DNA from: Desulfatiglandales bacterium | GTDB lineage: Bacteria > Desulfobacterota > DSM-4660 > Desulfatiglandales > Desulfatiglandaceae | DNA: 64,000 bases | Reading direction: 5' to 3' | Assembly (NCBI GenBank): GCA_963666345.1 | Contig: OY762721.1 | Location: 3,360,001-3,424,000, forward strand | Shown here: piece by piece, positions 1 to 9,625 of the stretch | Layout of the letters: every line of letters starts with the position of its first letter | Position numbering within the stretch: the stretch's first letter is position 1 | Made by a program: the position numbers and the translations under genes | The notes under the pieces: generated by a model | The model's database searches: none | What the model saw: only the letters and a program-made list of their open reading frames with translations | What the model was told of the DNA's origin: nothing

Positions 1-252
1 ATTCAGTTCATCCAGAATAGCCGCGGCATCGTCAACCAGTTGCTCCATGGTGTAAGGCCCCGGCGGCGGGTCACTTCCTCCGTGACCGCGCGTATCATAT
101 CTGAGGACCTGGAAGCGGGATTCCAGCAAATCAAGCTGAGGGTGCCACATCACCATGCTGCAGGCCAGGGAGTGACTCAACACCACCACGGGTGCCTGCT
201 TTTTACCGGACAATTCACAATTGACGCGGATACCGTTTGCTTCGATTATCAT
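1..252 (-). CDS. alpha/beta hydrolase, 3-oxoadipate enol-lactonase (PcaD)-like; runs off the window edge
   Basis: Manual translation from ATG at 252: MIIEANGIRVNCELSGKKQAPVVVLSHSLACSMVMWHPQL...RYDTRGHGGSDPPPGPYTMEQLVDD. The LSHSL and YDTRGHG motifs are typical of PcaD. An AAGGAG RBS lies at 261-266. Not in the ORF track. Confidence 0.8.
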   Translation of the reverse strand, partial: MIIEANGIRVNCELSGKKQAPVVVLSHSLACSMVMWHPQLDLLESRFQVLRYDTRGHGGSDPPPGPYTMEQLVDDAAAILDELN

Positions 253-427
253 GATTTAGACTCCTTTCTTCAATATTTCATAAATCGCTTGGCCTTGATC
301 CCGACGCATAACTGGTAAGAATAAGTAAAAATTTATTGTAAAACAGAGAAAAAGAAGCAATAGCCGGCGAGTTCACTTTTTATCGAAAGTGAAGAATGAG
401 GCTCTGATCTATTGGCCTGGTGATTCA

Positions 428-961
428 TTATTCCAGTTTGTTGACCTGCCGGCTTTCAGGTACCTTAGATGTTTTTTGCAATGTATCGGTGGAATAAAGC
501 TGATTATATTTGTTTATTAGCAACTGAAGCCTCAGCATCTCCTCCTGGCTCAACTGCCCGTCTTTTTCTAACTTCTCAATTAGCGCGTTTATCGGGAACC
601 ATAGCTCATCGGCTGACTGCAATCGTTTTTCCATTATCTGATGAGACTCCGGTTCAGGGGCGATCGTGATCGTGATCTCTTCTGAAAAGGGGCTTTCAAC
701 AGAGGCTTGATTAACGGAAGTGACCGCAAAGTAGTAGGTCTTTCCGGCAACCAGATCCGTAAAGGTATGGCTTGTATTTTTCCCGGCCGAAACAGGCGGG
801 CCATATACCCTGGAAGCCGTTCCGCAATATACGTTGTAATGGTCAAGCTCGCCGGCCCCCGTGGACTGCCAGTCAAGTGTGTATGATCCGGCAGATGCAT
901 ACACGGGCAGTAGAAACAGGACACAAACAGCTATTAGATACAGCCTGATTTTTTTGCGCAC
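428..961 (-). CDS. secreted fibronectin type III domain protein
   Basis: Signal peptide (MRKKIRLYLIAVCVLFLLPVYASA) followed by the FN3 pattern LDW...YNVY...TFTDLVAGKTYYFAVTSVN...ES.FS. Confidence 0.75.
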   Translation of the reverse strand: MRKKIRLYLIAVCVLFLLPVYASAGSYTLDWQSTGAGELDHYNVYCGTASRVYGPPVSAGKNTSHTFTDLVAGKTYYFAVTSVNQASVESPFSEEITITIAPEPESHQIMEKRLQSADELWFPINALIEKLEKDGQLSQEEMLRLQLLINKYNQLYSTDTLQKTSKVPESRQVNKLE

Positions 962-1260
962 GACTCACCTCGCGGAATAGGATTACCCCCAAAAAAGAAG
1001 AAAACGGAACTTCCTCAATGAGAAAGGGTGCCCGATCATTAACATGGATGCCTACGGATATCTATCTAACACATACCGGCGTAGATAGATAAGTATGTCA
1101 GATTATTATTTTTATGTTTATTTTTGTCAAGATTTCAAGAAGCTTAAGGGCAAACCTGGCTTGTCCCTTACAACCCTGTCTTCACTCAAATTAGATAAAG
1201 AAAATGGAGGTGGTCTCATCTTTACCGAGTGAGCCGGCAGGGCTAAAGAAAAGCATGAAA

Positions 1261-1398
1261 TCATGGGCGTCCCCCTTGTCCACTTGTGGTAATGACATGA
1301 ATGCCGTCGACTTTTCTGTTGTTCTGGTGCAAAGCGTACAGGGTTTCAGTGATGACCTGGGGGCTCAAGCCTGTCACTGCCAGCAGCGTGTTTTTCAT
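1261..1398 (-). pseudogene. N-terminal fragment (45 aa) of a CRISPR-associated CARF protein, NE0113/TIGR02584 type
   Basis: Manual translation MKNTLLAVTGLSPQVITETLYALHQNNRKVDGIHVITTSGQGGRP*. It matches the GxSPQVITETLYAL...IHVITT start of this family. Its ATG overlaps the cas6 stop (ATGA). The ORF ends prematurely. Confidence 0.75.
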
Positions 1399-2335
1399 TC
1401 CACTATCTCCGCCTGTATCTTTCCCGGGCCAAAGGAGGTCTGTTTACCAAGATGAACTTTGGAGCAGAACTCGATCAGCGGCATATACTCACCCATATCG
1501 CCTTCATATGTGACGGATCCGACCATGCCGCCCATGAGCATTGCCTTGTCCTGGCGAAAGGAATAACGCCTCCAGTCAAACCAGTTGAGATCTTCGTCCA
1601 CGATTTTGACGTCCATGGCCTTTTTGACAAGGCCCCGGTAATCCAGCGAAGGTTCACCCTCTCCGTAGAAATTATAAAGAGAAGACATCCTTCTCAGCAT
1701 GGCCCTTACAAGGACATGGAACGGCAGATCGGCCTTGAGGCGGTTTTCAAACTTGAGGCGAAGGGGCGTTATCATGCTCAGCCTGAGTCTGAACGTTCTT
1801 TTCTGGAACTCTCCGTTATCCTTAAGTGAAAGAATGGGCGGATTTTCAGTCTTGAGTGTCTGGTCGGCACTTGAATAAATGGGTTTTTCACCGGCCTTGA
1901 CCTGTTCAAGGGAAAAATGTCCCCGCTTCCCGTTGACGCGTTTTCCGATCCCGATCTTTCCCATCTGTTCAAAGGCATAGATAAAATAGGGGAGGTTGCG
2001 GTTGGCTTCACCAAAGAGCAATAACCGAAAATCAAAGGAGGATCCTTCTGAAAAACGGGTTTCCATGGTAAGCGGAGGTTCGATAACAAAGGGATGAGGG
2101 GCTGCGGCAATTCTCGAACCCTCAGGCGTATCCATGGTGTCCTGGGTCTCAAAGACCATTGCATAGACGCATCTTTTTTTCAGCAGGCACTGGTCGCACT
2201 CCTGTCGTTTGAGGGCACAGACTACTCGTTTCAGGGCACGGCCGAATACCCCCCCCTGAAAGTGGAGCCCTTATAGCAGGGGAGCATGGCCTCATCAGTC
2301 AAACGGCATAGAAACTGATAATTTTCGTAAAGCAT
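1395..2335 (-). pseudogene. cas6: Cas6 crRNA-processing endoribonuclease (DUF2276-type), frameshifted
   Basis: ATG at 2335 gives MLYENYQF...LPCYKGSTFRG. A G8 run (C8 at 2249-2256) shifts the frame, after which VFGRALKRVVCALKRQECDQCLLKKRCVY joins ORF 1395..2159, which contains PHPFVI, TPLRLK and the C-terminal G-loop HLGKQTSFGPG. Confidence 0.8.
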
Positions 2336-2723
2336 ATTATCTTCCCGGTTATGTAAGCTAATAAATCGAATGCTCTAATTCTTTTCAGGTAACATTAAAG
2401 GAAATCAGAAAGCCCGCAAACTACTGCAACATTGCAAAAAAGAAAGCGCCGCCTCTTTTTGTGAGAAACGGGATTTTTTGGCGATCATTAAACATTTCCA
2501 GGCCTCATTGAGGTTGGATCGTGATTTCTCCTGCCAGTGCAATCAATGCCTGTCAGGATGTGGGAAGTGGATATACATAATTTGATGTGTTCCCGCATGA
2601 TGAGCCCTTTTGTTTGAAAGGGGTTAAGATAAGAAACATAAATGCAATTAGAACCATAAAATAAAACAGGGTTATGTCAAGTGAAAATAAAATTTATAGC
2701 TGATTTTAAACCTAATTTTTCTA

Positions 2724-2818
2724 AATGCACATAAACATGTGCATTGTTAAAATGTAATTGGCAGGAATGCACAGAAACATGTGCATGATAACCAGCGTGC
2801 ACATATTTCTGTGCACGC
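2724..2818. promoter_or_regulatory. three palindromic TGCACA-N6-TGTGCA sites (putative transcription-factor operators)
   Basis: 2726-2743 TGCACATAAACATGTGCA, 2768-2785 TGCACAGAAACATGTGCA and 2798-2815 TGCACATATTTCTGTGCA, in an AT-rich region upstream of cas6. Confidence 0.55.
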
Positions 2819-2940
2819 GGCAGGGAAGGGTGGCGGAGGGATTTTTTTGATGCATGAATTTAAAGCGATTAAATTGGAATTAGATCAATGATATAGGAGG
2901 TTTCTACAAAATTTGTAGGTGATAGAGCAGGGGCAACAGC

Positions 2941-4275
2941 TCAGACGGCCGCTGAAAATTGGGGTAGAAGCGATATGGCATATAATGGAAGATTGTAGAT
3001 TTTTCCGTCCTTTTTGAGGTTAAGGAGGTTTATCCGCAGAAGCCGGTCCGGTTTGAACTGTAAGTCATAAGACTTCAGGCTCTTGCTCTTTAGATTAATA
3101 CCGGCTTTAACTTCAAGCGGGCAGATATTCCCTTCAAAATCAAAAAGAAAGTCAAGTTCGGCCTTTCCGCCTTTACTTCGCCAGTAGTAAAGCCCTTGGT
3201 TAAAATGAGAAACCAGCTGCTGGGCAACATAATTCTCCACCAGGGCTCCTTCATATTCGTTGAAGAGCCGTTCTCCCTGTGCCGATAGCTCGACAGGCAC
3301 CTTGGCCATGGCTCCCAGCAAACCTACATCAAGGGCATATACCTTGAAACAATCGGTATTTGCATAATGTTTCAAGGGATGTCTGACTGTTTCAATCGCA
3401 TTTGCCTGATAAATCAAACCTGTATCTTCAAGCCATCTCAGGCTATCTTCATAGGCCCTCGCTCTAGCCCCTTTCTTGACAGCGGAGAAAACGAACTTTT
3501 TGTTTTCCCTTGCAAGATGCCTGGGTATTGAATCCCAAATCATTGTGAGCTTTGGTATGTCGGGCGCCGGGGCATGCTTGGCAAAATCCATGACATAAGA
3601 TTTGATGATTTCTTCCTGAATCTCTCTGATTTCCCTGCCATTACCTTCCCCGGCATGGTGCTTTACCGCTTCCGGCATGCCTCCGACAAAATAATAACGG
3701 CGAAGCATATCTATCAAATGTGAATGAAAGGCTTCAGGGAGGGGAGTTGGTCGACTGATCTCTTTGAGCAGCTTTCTGTACCTGGACTCACCCATGGCAT
3801 CTAGGAATTCCTGAAACGTCATGGGATAAAGATTTAGAAAGTTTACCTTTCCAACGGGGAAGGATCCCGGACCGGAAAGTTTCAACCCAAGTAAAGAACC
3901 AGCAGCGGCTATGTGGATATCGCTTTGCTCTTCAGCAAAGTATTTCAGCGCATTCAGGGCACGGTTTGAAACCTGGATTTCATCGAAGATAATAAGGCAT
4001 GCCCCTGGTTGGATGTCCAGATCCCTATAAATGGAGAGTTCTTTTCGTATTCGGTCAGGATTCAGGTCCTTTTTGAAGAATTGGTCGAGTCCGGGGTCTT
4101 CCTCGAAATTGAAGTATGCAACATTTTCGTATTCGTTGCGGCCGAATTCCTTCAGGATAAATGTCTTTCCTGTTTGTCTGGCACCTTGCAAAAGGAGCGG
4201 TTTTCTTCTGGAGGACGTCTTCCATTCCAATAATTTATTATAGATATCTCTTTTCATGGCATTGTATTTTGCCAT
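2941..4275 (-). CDS. AAA_14 family ATPase with DUF4143 / PD-(D/E)xK-like C-terminus
   Basis: Walker A GARQTGKT, Walker B IIFDEIQ, AAGSLLG, YYFVGGMPE and C-terminal AELDF...PLEVK. The start may be ATG 4257 (MKRDIY). Confidence 0.85.
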   Translation of the reverse strand: MAKYNAMKRDIYNKLLEWKTSSRRKPLLLQGARQTGKTFILKEFGRNEYENVAYFNFEEDPGLDQFFKKDLNPDRIRKELSIYRDLDIQPGACLIIFDEIQVSNRALNALKYFAEEQSDIHIAAAGSLLGLKLSGPGSFPVGKVNFLNLYPMTFQEFLDAMGESRYRKLLKEISRPTPLPEAFHSHLIDMLRRYYFVGGMPEAVKHHAGEGNGREIREIQEEIIKSYVMDFAKHAPAPDIPKLTMIWDSIPRHLARENKKFVFSAVKKGARARAYEDSLRWLEDTGLIYQANAIETVRHPLKHYANTDCFKVYALDVGLLGAMAKVPVELSAQGERLFNEYEGALVENYVAQQLVSHFNQGLYYWRSKGGKAELDFLFDFEGNICPLEVKAGINLKSKSLKSYDLQFKPDRLLRINLLNLKKDGKIYNLPLYAISLLPQFSAAV

Positions 4276-4436
4276 GATCGGGGTGTGGGGTCAAGGGTAT
4301 TCGGGCGGAAAATGTGATTTTATGCACATTATTCAGACGAAAAATGTGCATTTGCGCACAAAATACTCCCCAAAGTCATTATATTCTGTGCCTTGAACCT
4401 CACTTTTTGATAAGGATAATAAAGCAAAAGTGTAAC

Positions 4437-6182
4437 CTAATGGGATAGGTCCCTTCTATCCCAGAGTGTCTTCCGGTTAATAATGTCAAACACTCCTGCG
4501 TAGTTTATTCTTACTTCCGGAAGAAAGTCATTCGGAAGAAAGACCAGGGTGTAAAAGGGGTCATGAAAGGGGTAGCCCTTTTTGGAAAGGAATGCCTTGA
4601 ATTCGTTTTCCCTTTTAGAAAGCTCGCGCATCGGCACATGAGACATCATCCCTCCAAGGGGAAGGGGCCATTCATAGGCAACGCGGCCGTTATCGAGAGC
4701 CACGGTGCCGCCTCCCAGCTCGATGAGACGGTTTACCGCATCTGTCATGGATTGAAGGTTTCCGCCTATTACAAGGATCTGGTTTGCCGTGTTAAAGGTG
4801 GAGGCAAGGGCCTCGATATCATCTGCAAAACCCTTCAGTATCCCGTTGGAAACCCATTTTCCATCCCTGTCTATAAGGGAGATAAAAGAAAAACCTGCCC
4901 TGTCTTCAAGGTCGATAAGGCCGTGTTTAACGGGAAACAAGACCTGTTCCATGCGGGTGATGACGGCCGAGATAAGCCTTATGACCGGAAAGGATACCTC
5001 CTTTTGTTTGCTTCTTATCTCGAAATAATCCCTTTTTGCCCTCCAGCGCTTTTTTATAAAAGAGGAGCCGGGCAGAAATTTCTTCCAGTTCGGATGAGGC
5101 CAATCCCCTGAAAGCCTCCCCTCTTTTGCGACCAATAGACCCTTTGAAAAGACCATCTCGGGCACGGGATCGAGCAGGTCGTCTAAGACCAGGATATCCG
5201 CGTATCTGCCGGGTGCGATTCCTCCTATGTCGCGCTCCATTCCGAAATAAAGCGCCGGGTTTATAGTGACCATCCTGTAGGCGGACACAGGATCTATACC
5301 CTGTTTAAAGGCTGTTTTAAGGAGATGATCAGTAATTCCATTTTCCCTGTAAAAGGCGGGGCTTGATGAGTCGGTGGTAAGCATCATCCTGTCAGTTAAT
5401 GCACCCCCTTCTGTCACCGCCTTTAAAAGGCCATTCAGGTCCTGCCTTAAGGAACTTTGCCTCAGCATGACCCAGAGACCTGCCCTAAGCCTCTCCATCA
5501 CCTCAAGCGCGTTTATGCTCTCATGGCACGATTCGATTCCGCACCGGGCAAGGGCCTGTATCTTTTCATGTTTTGCTCCCGCGGTGTGTCCGTCCACCCT
5601 TTTCCCGAGACTTTTTGCGATATCGATCAGCTCAAGGATATCCGGATCACCTGAAAGAAGATCCTGCCACCGGGTGATTTCTCCCAGGGAGGCGGCAGCC
5701 GGGTGCATGAGCAACCTTTCCACATTTTCGACGGAAAAGAGTTCCTTTTCATCTTTCATGGGTGTCTGGGGATTCGACCGGCAGAACCAGAAAAATTTTA
5801 CCGGAAAATCTGCAAGCCGGTCCATGAAGGCCTCAAAGAGATCGACCCCCATAAGAGAGAAAAATACCAGATTGTCGCAGACAAAGGTGGTCGTGCCGAG
5901 GGTGCATGCCTCCTGGGCCAGTGTCACGGGATTGTAGAGGAACCAGGGGTGACAGTGGGGCTCGATGTATCCCGGGACAAGGGCCTTTCCCTTAACGTCC
6001 ACGATCTGCGTGTCTTTTTCCTGCGGGACCGGAAGGGTGCCCACATGATCGAATCTTTCACCCTTTATCGCGACGTTTGTCTTAAGGAGTTCCCCTGAAT
6101 AGACATTCAGGACCGTGCCACCGGTCAGACAGATGTCGGGGCCGTCGGTTGAATGGCTGTTTGCGCCCCGGGAGTTATTCAT
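4437..6182 (-). CDS. adenine deaminase-family amidohydrolase (YerA-like)
   Basis: PGYIEPHCHP (HxH), DGH, CHES, LTTD, TINPA, GGIAPGRYADI and the adenine deaminase C-terminal LPLGGMMS. The likely start is ATG 6182, which overlaps the dch stop. Confidence 0.8.
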   Translation of the reverse strand: MNNSRGANSHSTDGPDICLTGGTVLNVYSGELLKTNVAIKGERFDHVGTLPVPQEKDTQIVDVKGKALVPGYIEPHCHPWFLYNPVTLAQEACTLGTTTFVCDNLVFFSLMGVDLFEAFMDRLADFPVKFFWFCRSNPQTPMKDEKELFSVENVERLLMHPAAASLGEITRWQDLLSGDPDILELIDIAKSLGKRVDGHTAGAKHEKIQALARCGIESCHESINALEVMERLRAGLWVMLRQSSLRQDLNGLLKAVTEGGALTDRMMLTTDSSSPAFYRENGITDHLLKTAFKQGIDPVSAYRMVTINPALYFGMERDIGGIAPGRYADILVLDDLLDPVPEMVFSKGLLVAKEGRLSGDWPHPNWKKFLPGSSFIKKRWRAKRDYFEIRSKQKEVSFPVIRLISAVITRMEQVLFPVKHGLIDLEDRAGFSFISLIDRDGKWVSNGILKGFADDIEALASTFNTANQILVIGGNLQSMTDAVNRLIELGGGTVALDNGRVAYEWPLPLGGMMSHVPMRELSKRENEFKAFLSKKGYPFHDPFYTLVFLPNDFLPEVRINYAGVFDIINRKTLWDRRDLSH

Positions 6183-6942
6183 TTTTCCATTCGGGCCTTC
6201 TTTTTTCAAGAAACGCATTAAGCCCTTCCTGGGCGTCTGCCGTGGGCATGAGTTCATCAAGATAGATCTTTTCTATTACCTGCAAAGAGGCCTCAAGGTC
6301 GTCTCCAAGACCGGCCATGACCGCCTTTCTGGTCTTTCTAAGGACCTCCGCGCTCATCCTGAGATAGGGCTTTAGGAACTTTTCGGTTTCAGCCTCAAGC
6401 TCGCCTTGTTCGACCACCATGTTGACAAGCCCCATTCCTGCCGCCTCCTGAGCCGATATGATCTTACCGGAGAATATCAGCTCGGAGGCGGCCTTTCTAC
6501 CCATAATCCTAGGCATGATAAGGGCTGCGATAGGAGGAAACACCCCCACCTGTATCTCCGGCTGGCCGAATTTGGCGTCCTGAGAGGCGATTACAAGGTC
6601 GCAGAATACGGCAAGCTCGCATCCCCCGCCGAGGCAGGAGCCGTAGACCGAGGCGACGGTAGGAATCCCCAGCGCTTCCATCTTCCTGAACATGCCGTGA
6701 AAGGCCTCTATCATCTTAGGGGCAAGATCCCCCATATGCTCTCCCACGTCCACTCCGGCTGAAAAACACTTTCCCTTTGCGTCGAAAAGCACGGCCTTTA
6801 GATCCTTTTTGCCTTTCCAGGAATCGAGCCGGTTGTTTATCTCCTCCATCATGGCAATGTTCAAGATATTTACAGGGGGCCTGTTCAAGGTGATGGTGCC
6901 CAGGCCGCCGTCAAAAACCGATTCAATATATTGATAGGCCAT
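6175..6942 (-). CDS. dch: cyclohexa-1,5-diene-1-carbonyl-CoA hydratase (Dch/BamR)
   Basis: Crotonase motifs FSAGVDV, CLGGGCEL and GQPEIQVGVFPP; C-terminal YLDELM..DAQEGL.AFLEKR.P.W; adjacent to oah and had. Confidence 0.85.
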   Translation of the reverse strand: MAYQYIESVFDGGLGTITLNRPPVNILNIAMMEEINNRLDSWKGKKDLKAVLFDAKGKCFSAGVDVGEHMGDLAPKMIEAFHGMFRKMEALGIPTVASVYGSCLGGGCELAVFCDLVIASQDAKFGQPEIQVGVFPPIAALIMPRIMGRKAASELIFSGKIISAQEAAGMGLVNMVVEQGELEAETEKFLKPYLRMSAEVLRKTRKAVMAGLGDDLEASLQVIEKIYLDELMPTADAQEGLNAFLEKRRPEWKNE

Positions 6943-7100
6943 TTTGTGCTCCTTCCGGACGGTGCCACAAGTTTAAAAAAAGGGTTCAAGGGGCCAAGGG
7001 TTCAAGGGTTATAAAGGTTATAAAAAGAAGCGGCAGGCAGGTCAATGTTTCCGATCGTCCTGGCTGCCGCATGAAAGACCTTCCATTTCGGATAATTGGA

Positions 7101-8243
7101 CTATTCTTTCGGTTTCCCCATTACCTCTGCGTACATGTCCATGTCCCAGGTTCTGCATTCGGCTATGTTCTGGCGGAACTTGAGGAAGTCCACGGTGTCC
7201 TTGCCCGTTATCTTCTTCGTGTTAAAGGCGCCGAAGCCCAAAAACGCCTCGCCCGACATGTTGGCGGCCAGCCAGTGCCTGTTGTAGTTCTTGGAGTAAT
7301 CCCAGAAGAATTTTTTCTTTGCGCGCACGCTGTCGATCGATTTGATCAGGCAGGCGGGAAAGAGGTTGGCGAACGTCCATACGATCTTGTCCACCTCTTT
7401 GTCCAGGAGTTCAAAGTCGGCATTCGGCTGATGCTCCTTTACAAATGCCCTGGCCTCTTTTAGTTCCTCACCCTTTTTGAATTCGCCGTAGACTATCTCG
7501 CCGTCTTCGACGTAGCGGTCGGTGACGATCTGGGGATTTCTCATCCATTTTCCGTCCACCTTGAGCACCGGCACACACTTGCTGATCAGGTTTTTCATCT
7601 TCATCTTGTAGGCGGACCACATCTCGCATGATACGCAGTTCCACATTGCATCCTCAATCCCGAGGTACCAGGGCAGGAAGTCGGATGAGCCGCCGTCGGG
7701 GGCCGACCCGTGTCGGGGGCCTGCCTGTCCGAAGATCGCAAGATCCGAGGAGATGGCGATATCGCAGGCCATGCCGATTTCCTGACCCCCTGCCACCCTC
7801 ATCCCGTTTACCCTGCAGATCACCGGCTTTTTACATGCCAGGATCGAGTCGACCATATGGTTGAAAAGCTCCATGTACTGGCCGTATTCGTCGCAGCGCA
7901 TGCTGTAGAACTCACTGTATTCCTTGGTGTTTCCTCCGGTGCAGAAGGCATATGGCCCTGTCGCCGTAAACACCGCTGCAACGACGCTTCTGTCCAGGGA
8001 GGCGTTCTCAAAACCTGCGATAACCCCCTTGACCATCTCGGTGGTGTATGAGTTAAACTGTCTCGGGTTGTTGAGGCGGATCCAGCTCACGAAAAGCCCG
8101 TCGATCACCTTTCCTTCAGGATCGGTAAGGGGTCTTTTTTCGTACACCACACATGGGGCGTCGGCATCCGTTCCCCAATGTACATCCGTGTGCAGCGCGT
8201 GATCCTTCTGTTCGTTGTCTCTCGGCATCCACTCTAATGACAT
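7101..8243 (-). CDS. oah: 6-oxocyclohex-1-ene-1-carbonyl-CoA hydrolase (Oah/BamA)
   Basis: BamA signature LNNPRQFNSYTTEMVKGVI, FCTGGNTKEY, RVNGMRVAGGQEIGMACD, FGQAGPRHGSAP. Confidence 0.95.
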   Translation of the reverse strand: MSLEWMPRDNEQKDHALHTDVHWGTDADAPCVVYEKRPLTDPEGKVIDGLFVSWIRLNNPRQFNSYTTEMVKGVIAGFENASLDRSVVAAVFTATGPYAFCTGGNTKEYSEFYSMRCDEYGQYMELFNHMVDSILACKKPVICRVNGMRVAGGQEIGMACDIAISSDLAIFGQAGPRHGSAPDGGSSDFLPWYLGIEDAMWNCVSCEMWSAYKMKMKNLISKCVPVLKVDGKWMRNPQIVTDRYVEDGEIVYGEFKKGEELKEARAFVKEHQPNADFELLDKEVDKIVWTFANLFPACLIKSIDSVRAKKKFFWDYSKNYNRHWLAANMSGEAFLGFGAFNTKKITGKDTVDFLKFRQNIAECRTWDMDMYAEVMGKPKE

Positions 8244-8350
8244 AATACGCTCCTCCTTTCCTTCCTTTGATCTAGCTCTTCAGCAGTTTATGGTTGCTCC
8301 GCATAGCGGATTGTTTTCGCCTGTTGCCTGATGAACCTGTTAAAATAAAG

Positions 8351-9457
8351 CTAGAAATCGGGGGTCAGCACGATCCTCTTCATCGGAGGCGTCTTGTGCG
8401 CCTCCGCGAACGTATCGGCGATGGTGCTCATAGGCCGGGTCTCAACGAACTGCTCCATATTGATCTTTCCTGAAAGCACCATATCGAGCACTACCGGATA
8501 GTATTCGGGAAGACATCCCCAGGTCCCTATGATCTCTGCGTCAAATGCCATTAGCCTGCCGATCGCATACTCGGTTCTTGCCAGACTGAATCCTACCACT
8601 ATCAGCTTTCCGACAAACCCGAGAAGGGTGAGTGCTATCTCCTGTCCCGCCTTTGAGCCCGTCACCTCGAAGATCTTCCAGCCGAAGTTTGGAAGGCCCT
8701 TTTCCTTGCAAAGTCCCCTGAATTCCTTGGACACCGCCTTTGCGTCCTTGTCCGTGGAATTGATCACATAGTCCGCGCCGAACTTGAGAGCCCTGTCCAG
8801 CTTGTCCTGGTTCCTGGCGATTCCTACCACGGTCCTTGCTCCCAGGGCCTTTGCGACCTGGCCCATGTACTGCCCCACCCCTCCGGTGATGCCAAGGACC
8901 ACCACGTTGTCTCCGGGCTGCAGGGCCGCCCTTTTGGCGGCCTGGTAAGGCGTTGTCGCCGCATCGGCCACTACCGCGAAATGTGAAAGAGGGGTGTCAC
9001 CTCTTTGCTTTATCTCGCACAGATCGATGGTGGGTACCGGGATATGGCTTGAAAATCCGCCATAGATACCGAGGCTGTTTCCGGGCATCTTCTGGTTAAG
9101 GCACCTGTTTCCGCGTCCGGTCTTGCACAGGATGCACTTGCGGCAGGGCATCACGGCCGGGATGATAACCTCTTTGCCGACCCATGCCTCATCACCCGCC
9201 ACCACGGTGCCGGATATCTCGTGTCCCAGGGTAAGCGGGGGCTTTGAGACATTGGGCACTCCGTCATAAAAAAAACCGAGGTCAGTGTGGCAGACTCCGC
9301 AGCCGGCGATTTCCACAAGGGCCTCGTCCGGTGCAAGCCCCGGAACGGGTATCTCGGTTTTTTCCAGTTTACCGGGGGTAACCTCCCCTGTGTCCCTGTC
9401 CTTTGTCGTAGGCTGTACCATCTGCCATGTCTGAATTTTGTCAGGTACTGCTGCCAT
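8351..9457 (-). CDS. had: 6-hydroxycyclohex-1-ene-1-carbonyl-CoA dehydrogenase (Had/BamQ)
   Basis: Zn-dependent ADH motifs GCGVCHTD, GHEISG and CxxCxxC...C; VVADAATTPYQA; LMAFDA..IGTWGC; lies in the oah/dch cluster. Confidence 0.92.
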   Translation of the reverse strand: MAAVPDKIQTWQMVQPTTKDRDTGEVTPGKLEKTEIPVPGLAPDEALVEIAGCGVCHTDLGFFYDGVPNVSKPPLTLGHEISGTVVAGDEAWVGKEVIIPAVMPCRKCILCKTGRGNRCLNQKMPGNSLGIYGGFSSHIPVPTIDLCEIKQRGDTPLSHFAVVADAATTPYQAAKRAALQPGDNVVVLGITGGVGQYMGQVAKALGARTVVGIARNQDKLDRALKFGADYVINSTDKDAKAVSKEFRGLCKEKGLPNFGWKIFEVTGSKAGQEIALTLLGFVGKLIVVGFSLARTEYAIGRLMAFDAEIIGTWGCLPEYYPVVLDMVLSGKINMEQFVETRPMSTIADTFAEAHKTPPMKRIVLTPDF

Positions 9458-9625
9458 TTTTTGCCTCCTTTCAAAATGTTTGACTGGAGATCACTTGAAA
9501 AAATAAACTCATACAGGATAAACAGCACTGCTTCTATCTGCGTGATAAATCAGTCCTCAACCGCATATGTGCCCTGAGGCCCGCTTTGACCGGTACCTGG
9601 CTGCCTTTCAGACACTTCCCCGAAA

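Noticed and set aside
2530..2630. Possible degenerate CRISPR repeat (...GAAAGGGGTTAAGAT) upstream of cas6
   Set aside because: Single, poorly matching copy with no repeat-spacer periodicity; no array can be supported
2724..2818. TGCACA palindromes as a mini-CRISPR array
   Set aside because: Units are only 18 bp with 24- and 12-bp gaps, and the third is inverted; this fits operators, not CRISPR
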